Notes under the pieces: generated by a model
Told to the model about the DNA's origin: nothing
The model's input: the letters and a program-made list of their open reading frames with translations, nothing else
Database searches by the model: none
Source: an uncultured Phycisphaerae bacterium
GTDB lineage: Bacteria; Planctomycetota; Phycisphaerae; UBA1845; PWPN01
Direction of reading: 5' to 3'
Assembly (NCBI GenBank): GCA_938005315.1
Contig: CALLOB010000005.1
Coordinates: 88,790 to 152,789 of the forward strand
Length of the DNA: 64,000 nucleotides
Made by a program: the position numbers and the translations under genes
Shown here: piece after piece, positions 49,227 through 58,709 of the stretch
Numbering within the stretch: the stretch's first letter is position 1
How the letters are laid out: every line of letters starts with the position of its first letter

Positions 49227-49573
49227 GGCCGCGGATGCGATCCGGGCGGCCGACCGGACAGGTGTGCTCGAAGTCGCCTTACGATAAGGCCGCCATCGGC
49301 TCAGGTAACCGGGCGGCAGTCGTTTCCGATCCTCCCGGCGGGCACCATCCGCCGATTGCACGACCCGCCCTGTTGAAGTATGATGGGAACAACTCGGTCG
49401 GGCCATCGGTGCTTTTCGGATGGCTGTCCTGCACGGTCGGCCCGCCGGGAACAATCCGGCCATTCCTGATCGCCCGCGCTCTCCGCGACTCTGAACCTCC
49501 CCCAAGCGCGGGCGTTTTTATGCGCCTCTGGTTCAGGGCCTCCTGTACCCCGATTACCTCGTCCGCGACGGCC
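49227..49573 (+). ncRNA. Candidate ~350 nt structured non-coding RNA with pseudoknot (unassigned)
   Basis: Terminal stem, perfect 11-bp and 10-bp helices, a 7-9 bp loop/downstream pseudoknot pairing, TATACC -10-like box at 49216-21; G-U pairs favour the + strand. Confidence 0.5.
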
Positions 49574-49617
49574 AACATGCGATGCGCGGGCCCGTCGCCT
49601 CGCACGGCCGCAGCCGT

Positions 49618-50403
49618 TCAACGCCCATCAAGCCTGTAAAACCGCAGGGCCTCGCGGGTGCTCGACTCGGCGAGTTCCTCGAACGACATGCCGTGAAGCC
49701 CGGCCGCGAACCGCACGGTGTGGACCAGGTTGGCCGGCACGTTGGGGCGCATCCCGCGGACCGGTTCGGGGGACATGTATGGGGCATCCGTCTCGAACAT
49801 GAGCATGGACGGCGGCGTCCGGCGACAGGCTTCGCGCTGCTGGTCGGCCTTGCGGAAAGTGATCACGCCGGTAAACGAGGTTCGCCAGCCCAGCGAGCGC
49901 AACTCGGCGGCCTGGGCCGCGGTTCCGCCGAAACAGTGAAACACCACCGGCCGGCCGACCAGCCCGTGCTCACGGAGAATGCCGACCACGTCGTCGTAGG
50001 CCTCCCGGCAGTGGACGACGACCGGCCGGCCGGCGGTCGCGGCCAGCTCCAGCTGCCGGTGAAAGACGGCCCGCTGCACGTCGCGCGGGCTGAAGTCATA
50101 ATAGTAGTCGAGCCCCATCTCGCCGCAGGCTACCGTCTTGGGGTGCTGCCAGGTCTCGGCCAGAGCGGCCAGCCAGGCCTCGTCGCAACGAATGGCCTCG
50201 TGGGGGTGGACACCGGCGGCGACATACACGCCGGGAAATTTCTCGGCCAGTTCCAGGGCGACGGGGATCTCCCCGGGATGACAGGCGACGGTGATGAGGC
50301 GGGTCACGCCGACCTCGGCCGCCTCGACGACGAGCCGTTGGCGATCGGCCAGCAGCTCGGGGAAGGTCAGATGGCAGTGGGTGTCGATCAGGCTGACGGC
50401 CAT
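49618..50403 (-). CDS. tatD: TatD family hydrolase/nuclease
   Basis: IDTHCHL, GVHPH, GEMGLDY, HCREA, HCF, ETDAPY. Confidence 0.96.
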   Translation of the reverse strand: MAVSLIDTHCHLTFPELLADRQRLVVEAAEVGVTRLITVACHPGEIPVALELAEKFPGVYVAAGVHPHEAIRCDEAWLAALAETWQHPKTVACGEMGLDYYYDFSPRDVQRAVFHRQLELAATAGRPVVVHCREAYDDVVGILREHGLVGRPVVFHCFGGTAAQAAELRSLGWRTSFTGVITFRKADQQREACRRTPPSMLMFETDAPYMSPEPVRGMRPNVPANLVHTVRFAAGLHGMSFEELAESSTREALRFYRLDGR

Positions 50404-50407
50404 CCGA

Positions 50408-50776
50408 TCACCACACGGGGATGAAGGCTTCCAGCACATGGTTGACGACCATGCGCTCGCCCGGTCCGACGGTGATGCCCAGCACGTCGAACCGGCAGGT
50501 GCGGCCCACCGAACCGGTCTGCCGGAGAAACCGGCCGGCGGTCCGGACGATGCGGCGCTGCTTGGCCGGAACCACGGTTTCCTCGGGGGGAATCAGCGGG
50601 TCTTCATGGCGGGTGCGGACCTCCACGAACACCACGGTATCGCCGTCCAGGGCCACGAGGTCGATCTCGCCGGCCGGGCCGCGGTAGTTGCGGGTCACGA
50701 TGCGGTAGCCCAGCGAACGGAGGTGGCGTTCGGCCCGGCGCTCCCCCTCCCGGCCCAGCCTGGCCCGGTCATCCAT
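50408..50776 (-). CDS. yraN: YraN family protein (UPF0102)
   Basis: LGREGE, RNYR, GEIDLVA, VFVEVR, RFDV. Confidence 0.94.
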   Translation of the reverse strand: MDDRARLGREGERRAERHLRSLGYRIVTRNYRGPAGEIDLVALDGDTVVFVEVRTRHEDPLIPPEETVVPAKQRRIVRTAGRFLRQTGSVGRTCRFDVLGITVGPGERMVVNHVLEAFIPVW

Positions 50777-50838
50777 CGCCGAACCCTCCTCCCGTTGCCC
50801 GGCATGGATTCGGGGCCCGGGCCACGGCGGCGTGCGTC

Positions 50839-51237
50839 TCAGGCCGTGGCCTCGGCGGGAGCGGCGGCCGCCCCCTTGGCGGTTACCACGCGCTTGCGTT
50901 CCTTGACGCGACGGGCCTTGCCCACGCGGTCGCGCAGATAGTACAGCTTGGCGCGGCGCACGTGCCCGGACCGCACGACCTCGACCTTGGCGATCTTGGG
51001 CGAATGCAGCGGGAAGATCCGCTCCACGCCCTCGTTGTTGACGATCCGGCGGACGGTGAAGGTCTCACCGATGCCGCGCCCCCGACGGGCGATGACCACG
51101 CCCTGATAAGGCTGGATCCGCTGCTTGCCGCCCTCGATGATCCTCACATGCACGGTCACCGTGTCGCCGATGGCGAAGGCCGGAAGGTCCGACCGCAGGT
51201 CGCTCTGTTCGACGGCTTGAATGAGCTGGTTGATCAT
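50839..51237 (-). CDS. rplS: 50S ribosomal protein L19
   Basis: [34 protein letters not shown]; ATG overlaps the trmD stop. Confidence 0.97.
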   Translation of the reverse strand: MINQLIQAVEQSDLRSDLPAFAIGDTVTVHVRIIEGGKQRIQPYQGVVIARRGRGIGETFTVRRIVNNEGVERIFPLHSPKIAKVEVVRSGHVRRAKLYYLRDRVGKARRVKERKRVVTAKGAAAAPAEATA

Positions 51238-51968
51238 GATGCTGATCCCTCGTCCGCGCTGGTCAACAGATCCGGCCGCGTGCTCTGCAGCCGCTCGTAA
51301 AGGTCCGGCCGGCGCTGCCGGGTTCGCTTCAGGGCCTGTTCCATTCGCCATCGGGCGATGCGGGCGTGGTCGCCGGACAGCAGAACCTCGGGCACCGTCA
51401 GACCGCGATACTCCCGCGGCCTGGTGTACTGCGGATACTCCAGCAAGCCCTCCGAGAAGGACTCGCTCTCGATCGATTCCTCGTCGCCCACCGCCCCGGG
51501 CAGCAGGCGGACCACCGCGTCCACCACCACCATGGCCGCCGCCTCCCCGCCGGAAAGCACGTAGTCCCCGACGGAGATCTCCCGCGGCCTGAGGCCTTCG
51601 CGGATCCGCTCGTCGAAGCCCTCGTAGTGGCCGCAGATCAGCAGCAACCGCTGGCGACCGGCCAGTTCGCGGGCGACGGCCTGGTTGAAGGGCTCACCCT
51701 GCGGGGTCAGCAGAATCCGGGTCGCCGACCGGGTGTCCAGGCTCTCGACGTGCTCCACGGCATCGAACACCACCGGGCACATCATCACCATGCCCGGGCC
51801 GCCTCCGAAGGGGCGATCGTCCACGCTGCGGTGGCTGTCCGTCGCGTAGTCCCGGATATTCGTACACCGGACCGTGACGAGTCCGGCAGCCTGGGCCCGA
51901 CCGATGATGCTGGCGCCGAAAAACGGCTCGATCGCCCCGGGGAACAGCGTCAGCACGTCGATCCGCAC
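51234..51968 (-). CDS. trmD: tRNA (guanine37-N1)-methyltransferase
   Basis: [47 protein letters not shown]. Confidence 0.98.
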   Translation of the reverse strand: MRIDVLTLFPGAIEPFFGASIIGRAQAAGLVTVRCTNIRDYATDSHRSVDDRPFGGGPGMVMMCPVVFDAVEHVESLDTRSATRILLTPQGEPFNQAVARELAGRQRLLLICGHYEGFDERIREGLRPREISVGDYVLSGGEAAAMVVVDAVVRLLPGAVGDEESIESESFSEGLLEYPQYTRPREYRGLTVPEVLLSGDHARIARWRMEQALKRTRQRRPDLYERLQSTRPDLLTSADEGSAS

Positions 51969-51987
51969 CGCCGCAGGCCTCGTCGGC

Positions 51988-52245
51988 TCAACCGGTCGGG
52001 ACCGCCTTCCTTGCCCGCTTGACCAGTTCGCGGACCGTGTCGCTGGGCTGGGCCCCGACCTTCATCCAGTGCTCGATGCGGTCCAGCTTCAGGCCGTAGC
52101 GCATGGCCGGAACCTTGTGGGCCGGGTCATAAAAGCCCAGCTCTTCCAGGACGCGGCCGTCCCGGGTGCTGCGGACATCCACCGCCGCGACGCGGTAGGA
52201 CGGCTTGTTCTTGCGCCCCGTACGTTTCAACCGAATGCGCACCAT
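51988..52245 (-). CDS. rpsP: 30S ribosomal protein S16
   Basis: MVRIRLKRTG, YRV, RDGR, LGFYDP, GAQPSDTV; AGGAG RBS. Confidence 0.97.
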   Translation of the reverse strand: MVRIRLKRTGRKNKPSYRVAAVDVRSTRDGRVLEELGFYDPAHKVPAMRYGLKLDRIEHWMKVGAQPSDTVRELVKRARKAVPTG

Positions 52246-52581
52246 TTCACGCTGCTCCTGAACGCCACGGCCGGTCCGTCGATCGCATCTCAGGCACCGG
52301 GCGGGCCGCGGACGCCGACTGCTCAACCCCCGCCCGGACGCGGGAATGCCCCAATCTACCAGAAACCTCCGCCCCAGGCAACGCCCCCGAGGGGGCCGGT
52401 CTGAAGCTGGGCGGCGGGGCATCGCCCAGCCCACAGGGCCGGTTGAAGCCGGCGAGGATTCCAAGGTAGAATCCACCCTCCAGGGTAGGCCGGGGCAGCG
52501 GCCCCGCCCGGGTGGGTCGGAGGCGTTCCCCCGCCGCCCGGGGGGTCCCCGATCCCCGGCTCCCTGCCGAGGTACCTCCGC

Positions 52582-53097
52582 ATGATCCTGATTCAAGCCG
52601 TGCTGGTCGGCCTGACGGGCTGGCCTTCGGCTCCCGCCGACGCTTCGACCAGCCGCCCGGCCCTCCTGACGCCCCCGAAGTTCTATTCCGCGGCCCTGAA
52701 CCGGCTGATCGACGACCCCAACTGGGTCGCCCTGCCTGAGGCCCTGCCTGCGCCCGGCGGTCGGCAAGCCGCAGGTCTGCGGGCCAGAAAGAACGATCAG
52801 GAGTCCCCGCCACTGGGTTCCAGCTTCATGCCGTGGCTGGGCCACGACTCGTCTTCCGCGTCGGGTACAGGCTCCAGCCACAGCTCCGATTCCCGTTCAA
52901 GCCGCAGCTACAGCTTCGACTCGCGTTCAAGCCGCTCAAGCCGCGATTCCTCGTCACGCTCGACCCGTTCGACGCGCGAATCCTCGCGTTCCCGACGCGA
53001 GCAGATCGCGGATTACCGGGGCTACGGGTCCGATGATGCCGGCAGGAAGGTCAGGACCGTCCGCAGCAAGACCACCCGCCGCGATGACGGCTCCTGA
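52582..53097 (+). CDS. Hypothetical protein with Ser/Arg-rich low-complexity C-terminus
   Basis: GAGG RBS, hydrophobic N-terminus; fills the gap between divergent rpsP and the convergent radical SAM gene. Confidence 0.5.
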   Translation: MILIQAVLVGLTGWPSAPADASTSRPALLTPPKFYSAALNRLIDDPNWVALPEALPAPGGRQAAGLRARKNDQESPPLGSSFMPWLGHDSSSASGTGSSHSSDSRSSRSYSFDSRSSRSSRDSSSRSTRSTRESSRSRREQIADYRGYGSDDAGRKVRTVRSKTTRRDDGS

Positions 53098-53113
53098 TCC
53101 ACCGCCGCGACGG

Positions 53114-54322
53114 TCAGCGGTTGTGAGGGCAGCGCTCGCAGGGCGGAAGGCCCGTGTAGTCCGCGGCCTGGATCCGTCTGCGGATCTCGTTGATCTCGGG
53201 CGAATTCCAGACCTCGCGGATGCCCCGTTCGGCGACGTTGCCCAGCCGCAGTTCGCCGTTGACGTCCGGGCAGCAGAAGGCGTAATCCCCATTCCAGTGC
53301 ACCAGCAGCCGGCTGCCCTGGCCGCAATAGTGCCGGGGGCGGGCGTCGTCCGGCGGTCCCACCTGCCGGATCGTCCCGTCGGCGGCCATGTAGGCGTTGC
53401 CCTCGACCTTGCTGATGCCGATCAGGTTGATGTTGGCCACGCGCGGCCGCCAGCGCTCGACGAACCGCGCGACTTCCGGAGCAGCCGGGTCGTCGCAGAG
53501 CTTGGTGATACAGACGTCCAGGTCGTGGATTCCGAGTTCCCCGGCCACCTCCATGAGTCCCAGGATGTGGCGTTCGACCACGGAATAGGAGGCTCCGGGA
53601 CGGATCCTCTCCAGGTCGCCCTCCAGCCCGTCCAGGGAGAAGCCGAAGCCGCGGAGCCCGGCCCGCAGCAGCGACCGGGCACGGTCGCGGTTCAGCAGCA
53701 TGCCGTTGGTCTGGATGCCGAAGACCGTATTCACGCCGCTGCGCCGTCGGTTGGCACACAGATAGGCAACCATCTCCTCCAGCGCCGGGTTGAGCAGCGG
53801 CTCGCCCAGATAATACAGACAGATCACCACTCCGGGCTCCAGGCAGGCCTCATCGGCCACCCGCCGGAAGGTCTCGAAGCTCATGTCACCGGTCGGGCGG
53901 GTCATCTGGTTGCGGGTGCACATGAGGCACCGCAGGTTGCAGCGGTTGGTGATCTCCAGCTGGATCCGGGGCGGGAAGTCCGGCACCGGCAGCAGCAGCC
54001 CCTTCTCGTCGAAGGCCCGCATGATCCTGGCCCGGGCGCGGCGGTCGATGTCGTTGCGGCGGTCGGCCGGCTTGTCGGCCAGCATCGACCAGGCCCGCAG
54101 AGCTTCCTGCAGGTCCCCCATCCTCTCAAGCACATCTCCCAGGACCAGCATGCACCGCGAGCGCAGCCGGTCGTCACGGGTTGTCTTGGCCAGGGTACCC
54201 AGCCGCTGGTAGCCCTCCTGGAGCCGACCCTGGTTGATCCGGTGCACGGCGGCCTCGAATTCGGCTTCCTCCAGCGGCCCGGTGCGTTCGGCAATGGCGG
54301 CCATGCAAAGGTTATCGTCCAT
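53114..54322 (-). CDS. Radical SAM protein with N-terminal TPR-like region and C-terminal SPASM/Twitch domain
   Basis: CNLRCLMC, GEP, TNG, SLDG; C..G...CCPD...LGN....WNS...CERC; GGAGG RBS. Confidence 0.92.
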   Translation of the reverse strand: MDDNLCMAAIAERTGPLEEAEFEAAVHRINQGRLQEGYQRLGTLAKTTRDDRLRSRCMLVLGDVLERMGDLQEALRAWSMLADKPADRRNDIDRRARARIMRAFDEKGLLLPVPDFPPRIQLEITNRCNLRCLMCTRNQMTRPTGDMSFETFRRVADEACLEPGVVICLYYLGEPLLNPALEEMVAYLCANRRRSGVNTVFGIQTNGMLLNRDRARSLLRAGLRGFGFSLDGLEGDLERIRPGASYSVVERHILGLMEVAGELGIHDLDVCITKLCDDPAAPEVARFVERWRPRVANINLIGISKVEGNAYMAADGTIRQVGPPDDARPRHYCGQGSRLLVHWNGDYAFCCPDVNGELRLGNVAERGIREVWNSPEINEIRRRIQAADYTGLPPCERCPHNR

Positions 54323-54675
54323 TGGCCTCCAACGGAGTACGTGGCATGCCGGCCAGGCCTGGACAGGCACCGGACCGGCGCCGCGGAGGGGTATTCGCCC
54401 CATGCCCTGCGGGCTGGGCCCGCGGCGTCCGGACACATGCTGGCGGCTTGCACTCGCCGGCGGCCTGGCCGGCCAGATCGCCCTTCGGCGCGGTCGGGCC
54501 GTCAGGTCGGCTCCGCCGGTGGGTTTCCGCCCTGGGGTCGCAAGCCGCGGATGAAGCCGGGGGTGGGCATCGCAGGCCGGGAAAAACGGCCGGGCCGCCG
54601 TCTGGGGACATACAATCGAGCATACGTCCGGCGACTGTCAGGTTTCATCATCCCTCACGCGGGAGGAACTCTCCG

Positions 54676-54897
54676 ATGCGATCCCTGATGCTGCGGGTCA
54701 ACGGGATGCACAGCGACCACTGTGCCGCGCACGTCGCCGAAAGCCTCAAGCAGACCAGGGGTGTCCACGAGGTCGAGGTGGACGTCATGTCGCACACCGC
54801 CCGGGTCGAACACGACGAAAGGCTCTGCCACGCGCGCGATCTGATCGAGGCCGTGCAGCGGGCGGGGTTCCAGGTGGACACGCTGGGCCTGTGTTGA
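54676..54897 (+). CDS. Heavy-metal-associated (HMA/CopZ-like) domain protein
   Basis: GGAGG RBS; LRVNGMHSDHC..V..SL....GV..VEV...AV..AGF fold signature. Confidence 0.8.
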   Translation: MRSLMLRVNGMHSDHCAAHVAESLKQTRGVHEVEVDVMSHTARVEHDERLCHARDLIEAVQRAGFQVDTLGLC

Positions 54898-54915
54898 GCG
54901 TGCGTCGGCCGACGC

Positions 54916-55947
54916 TCAGAAGGGCGCGACCGGCTCGCCGCCGGCCGCCGCGCTGCGAGCCTCGGCCAGGGCGACGGCCACCGCGTCGCGGCTTTCCTGC
55001 GGCGTCGAAGCCCGCGGCGCCTCGCCGCGTTCGATACAGGACAGGAAGTACTCGATCTCGCCGAAATAGCCGTCGTCCGGCCCAAGGGCCGGCACCAGCG
55101 GCTCCTGGCCGGTCCTGTAGACCGTCAGCGGCCGACCGCTGTTGAGATCCCAGCATACCGAAGCCTGCTCGAAAGCCGCGGTGAAACCCATGTTGAAGCC
55201 GAAACCGGCGTGCAGGTCCCAGAAGCCCTCAAGCTGCAGCACGACATCCTGGCGGACCGTCCAGGAGGCGTGAATCCGGTCCAGGCTTCCCGCGGCGCGC
55301 CGATAGCCCCGGGCGCAGACGGCCTGCGGTCGGCCGAACAGCGAAAGCGCAAAATCGACGTCGTGAACGTGCAGGTCCAGTACCGCCCCGCCGGAGAGCT
55401 CCGGGCGCAGCAGCCAGTTGTTCAGCGAGTAGTCGGGGGTCTGCGACTGACGGCGCAGGTGCAGGGCCCGCAGCGGCCCGAACCGCCCGTCGGTGAAGGC
55501 CTCCCGCAGGTAGACGTACTCGGGCCAGAAACGGATGCACTGGGCGATCATGAAGCGGCCGGCGGCCCGCGATGCGGCCTCCAGCATGGCGTCGCAGTCG
55601 GCCAGCGTCAGGGCCATGGGCTTCTCGCACAGCACGTGCCGGCCGGCCTGCAGGGCGGCAACGGCGATCTCGCGGTGCAGCGGCGTCGGCACGCAGATGT
55701 CGATCAGATCGACGTCCGGGTCGGCCACCACCTCGCGCCAGTCGGTGCAGGGGCGGATGTCGCCCAGGTCGCGGCGCGTCCCCTGCCTGTCGCCCAGGTT
55801 GCCGCCCACGCCCGACCAGTCGCCGGCGCGGCGGGCGGCGTCCTGGTCGCACAGCACCGTGACCTTCGCGCGCTGCCCCAGCCGGGCGTACTGATTGAAG
55901 TGGTTGCGTCCGATGAAACCGGCGCCGATCAGTCCGACTCGAATCAT
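54916..55947 (-). CDS. Gfo/Idh/MocA family oxidoreductase
   Basis: GLIGAGFIG, ICVPTPLH, LCEKPMA, SGGAVLDLHVHD. Confidence 0.93.
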   Translation of the reverse strand: MIRVGLIGAGFIGRNHFNQYARLGQRAKVTVLCDQDAARRAGDWSGVGGNLGDRQGTRRDLGDIRPCTDWREVVADPDVDLIDICVPTPLHREIAVAALQAGRHVLCEKPMALTLADCDAMLEAASRAAGRFMIAQCIRFWPEYVYLREAFTDGRFGPLRALHLRRQSQTPDYSLNNWLLRPELSGGAVLDLHVHDVDFALSLFGRPQAVCARGYRRAAGSLDRIHASWTVRQDVVLQLEGFWDLHAGFGFNMGFTAAFEQASVCWDLNSGRPLTVYRTGQEPLVPALGPDDGYFGEIEYFLSCIERGEAPRASTPQESRDAVAVALAEARSAAAGGEPVAPF

Positions 55948-56188
55948 GCCCGCTCCCTCGTCCGCCCCACCCGTGCCGGGCCGGGCCTCCGATTGGCGAT
56001 CGTCTGTCGCGGCTCGTGCCTCCGCTCCTCCAGCCCTCCAGCCCTGCGCGGGTCGCGTCGCCGGGCTGGCGGCATCCTAAGCCTCCCCGGCCCTCGCGTC
56101 CACGAGCCGCGGTCGCAGCTTCGAGGATTGCCTCAGCGATCTCCGGCAGGTACGATGAGAACGACGTAACCGCCGGAGGAAAGAGGGC

Positions 56189-56797
56189 TTGCACACCACT
56201 CAGACCAGCCTGCTGTGGGCCGTGCGCGATCCGGCCGACCGTGAAGCCTGGATCAGCTTCTACCGGATCTACGCGCCGATGATCCGGCAGTTCGCCCGCC
56301 GCATGGGACTCAGCGAGGCCGACAGTGAAGACGTGCTCCAGGAGGTGATGGTCCTGGCCCACCGGTCGCTGCGCGACGGCGGCTACGACCCGGCCCGCGG
56401 GCGGTTCCGCAACTGGCTGTACGGCATCGCCCGCAACCGGTCGCTGATGGCGCTGCGGGCCCGGCGGCGGCGGACGCGAGTCCAGTGCACCGCGTGCGGG
56501 GACGGCCCGGACGTGCTGGGGCAGATCGAGGATCCCGCCGGCGACCAGGCCGCCGCGGAGATCTGGCGGCAGGAATGGCGTTACGCCCTCCTGGGCGCGG
56601 CCCTGGAGCACGTGCGAGCCGAGGTGGGCGGCAAGACGTTCGAGGCCTTCGTGGATCACGCCATCCACCGCGTGCCCGTCGAGACGGTCGCGGCTCGCCT
56701 GGGCATCGCTCCCTCCAGCGTCTATGTCTACAAAGGGCGGGTGCTCGAGGCCATCCGCGAGTGGTTAGCCCGTTTCGAGGACGTCCCCGACGAATAG
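56189..56797 (+). CDS. ECF RNA polymerase sigma factor (planctomycete kinase-associated type)
   Basis: TQTSLL, AWISFYRIY, DSEDVLQEV, RGRFRNWL, region-4 VAARLGI..SSVY; directly upstream of a kinase gene. Confidence 0.92.
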   Translation: MHTTQTSLLWAVRDPADREAWISFYRIYAPMIRQFARRMGLSEADSEDVLQEVMVLAHRSLRDGGYDPARGRFRNWLYGIARNRSLMALRARRRRTRVQCTACGDGPDVLGQIEDPAGDQAAAEIWRQEWRYALLGAALEHVRAEVGGKTFEAFVDHAIHRVPVETVAARLGIAPSSVYVYKGRVLEAIREWLARFEDVPDE

Positions 56798-56798
56798 G

Positions 56799-58385
56799 TT
56801 GCGCGTGACGCCCGAACCCGATCCCACCCCTGCCGGTTCCGCCGACCCGCCGCCCCCGGAGGTTCACCCTCCGCCCGGTGCGGAACAGGCCGGAGTCGAA
56901 TCGCCCGAGGACGCGGCCCTGCTGGAAGACCTGCGGACGGTGCTGCTGCGGGAGGCGACCACGACAACGCGGGCGGATCGTCAAACCGAACTGCCGTGCG
57001 GAAGCCGGTTCGGCGGATACATCGTGGGACGACTGATCGGCGAGGGCGGCATGGCCCGGGTGTACGCCGCCCGGGACCCACTCAGCGACAAGCCGGCGGC
57101 GCTGAAGGTCCTCAAGCCCGAGTACCTGGCCAGCCGGGAAATGCTCGAGCGTTTCTGGCGCGAGGCCGGCAGCATGGCCCGCATCCGGCACGACAACGTC
57201 GTCGGCATCCTGGGGTTCCCGCAGGAAGGCGACATCCGGGCGATCGCCATGGAACTGCTGGCCGGTCGGAGCCTGCGTCACCATCTCGATGCCGCCCGGC
57301 TGGAGGGACGACCCATGCCCATCGCCCGGGCGGTGACCTGGGCGATCCAGGCGGCCAGAGGACTGGCGGCGGCCCACGCCGTCGGCATGGTCCACCGCGA
57401 CGTGAAGCCCTCCAACCTGCTGTTCGACGACGCCGGCACGCTCAAGGTGGCCGACTTCGGGGCCATCCTGCTGATGGAGGGGGCCACCTGGCTGACCGGC
57501 GTGGGCAAGCAGATCGGTACGCCGGCCTACATGAGCCCAGAACAGTGCCGCGGCGAGCGGGTCACGCCGGCCAGCGACGTTTACTCGCTGGGGGCCACGC
57601 TGTTCGAGATGGTCACCGGCCGGCTGCCGTTCGAGGTGGAGGAAGCCAGCCCGCTGGCGGTCATGCTCAAGCACATCTCCGAGCCGGCGCCGGATCCGCG
57701 GACCTGGCGCGAGGATCTGCCGCGCTGGCTGGCGACGCTGATCTCCCGCTGCCTGAGCAAGGATCCCCAGAGTCGGTATCCCGAGTGCGGGGCCCTGGCC
57801 GATGCCCTCCAGGCTGGCGCCGGCGGCGTTCCCGCCGAGGAGGAGTCGATCGCCTCTTCACCCGACCTGATCGACACCGAGACGGTGCGCCGCCGGCTGG
57901 CCGAACTGTCGCACCGGGCGATCATCTGCTGGGCCTGCCGCTGCGCCCGGCGGGTGCAGGCCCTCAACGAGGATCCGCGCCTTGAACGGGCGCTGGCGAT
58001 AGCCGAATCCGCCGCCGGCGATGCCGATGCCGACGGCACGCCGGAGTCGATCGGACGCATGATGCGGCGCATCCAGACGCTGCGCGGCGAGTCGCTCGAC
58101 GCCGCCTACGCCGCCGCCGACGGCCTGGCCTCGCCCGCGGCCGTCGAGGCCGCCAAGGCCGCGGCCGCCGCTGCATCCTGCGCCGCGGCCCGATGCATCG
58201 AGGACGCGGCCGCCGATGCCGCCTTCGCCGCTCGCCGGGCAGTCAGCGCTCTGCACCTGGCCGGCCGGTCGGTTCGGGCCTTCTGGGCGGCGGCCCGCAA
58301 GGACTACCGCCGCCTGCGCGAGTTCTCCGCCGGCCAGACCGGCACCGTCGGCACGCCCATTCCCCCGGACCTGCTGGACGACTGA
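56799..58385 (+). CDS. Hanks-type Ser/Thr protein kinase with Ala-rich Imm5-like C-terminal domain
   Basis: GEGGMARV, ALK, HRDVKPSN, DFG, GTPAYMSPE, DVYSLG; start may be 56805. Confidence 0.92.
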   Translation: MRVTPEPDPTPAGSADPPPPEVHPPPGAEQAGVESPEDAALLEDLRTVLLREATTTTRADRQTELPCGSRFGGYIVGRLIGEGGMARVYAARDPLSDKPAALKVLKPEYLASREMLERFWREAGSMARIRHDNVVGILGFPQEGDIRAIAMELLAGRSLRHHLDAARLEGRPMPIARAVTWAIQAARGLAAAHAVGMVHRDVKPSNLLFDDAGTLKVADFGAILLMEGATWLTGVGKQIGTPAYMSPEQCRGERVTPASDVYSLGATLFEMVTGRLPFEVEEASPLAVMLKHISEPAPDPRTWREDLPRWLATLISRCLSKDPQSRYPECGALADALQAGAGGVPAEEESIASSPDLIDTETVRRRLAELSHRAIICWACRCARRVQALNEDPRLERALAIAESAAGDADADGTPESIGRMMRRIQTLRGESLDAAYAAADGLASPAAVEAAKAAAAAASCAAARCIEDAAADAAFAARRAVSALHLAGRSVRAFWAAARKDYRRLREFSAGQTGTVGTPIPPDLLDD

Positions 58386-58709
58386 AACTTCCAACGCCCG
58401 CCCAGGCGTGAACGATGCGGACTTACGACGGCTTGCCTTGGGCCATCGATCCGGGCGGAATCGGAGACTTCCTCTTCCGCAGCCGGCAACGGTGAAACCG
58501 TGCGGAGGGTCGTTTCACACATGTTGCGGACTGCTTCGATGCCTTGCGGGGTTTTGGAGGCGACCGCATGGGTGCCGTGGCCGTGTCCGGCTTTGCCGAC
58601 GGCTTTGAGCGACAGGCAGCCGCGAAGGGAGCATAGCTGACCGCAGGCCGCGGAATGGCGAATCCTGATCATCCCGGCGGGTACAGCAGACGCGCTCCCG
58701 ACACGCCGG

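Noticed and set aside
49279-49605. 108-aa minus-strand ORF overlapping the candidate RNA; ALNQRRIKTP faintly recalls a serine-recombinase motif
   Set aside because: No clear RBS at the listed start, poor codon bias and no further recombinase motifs; the base-pairing pattern explains the region better.
50839-52245. rpsP-trmD-rplS without rimM
   Set aside because: Absence of rimM from this string occurs in several lineages; not novel from this window alone.
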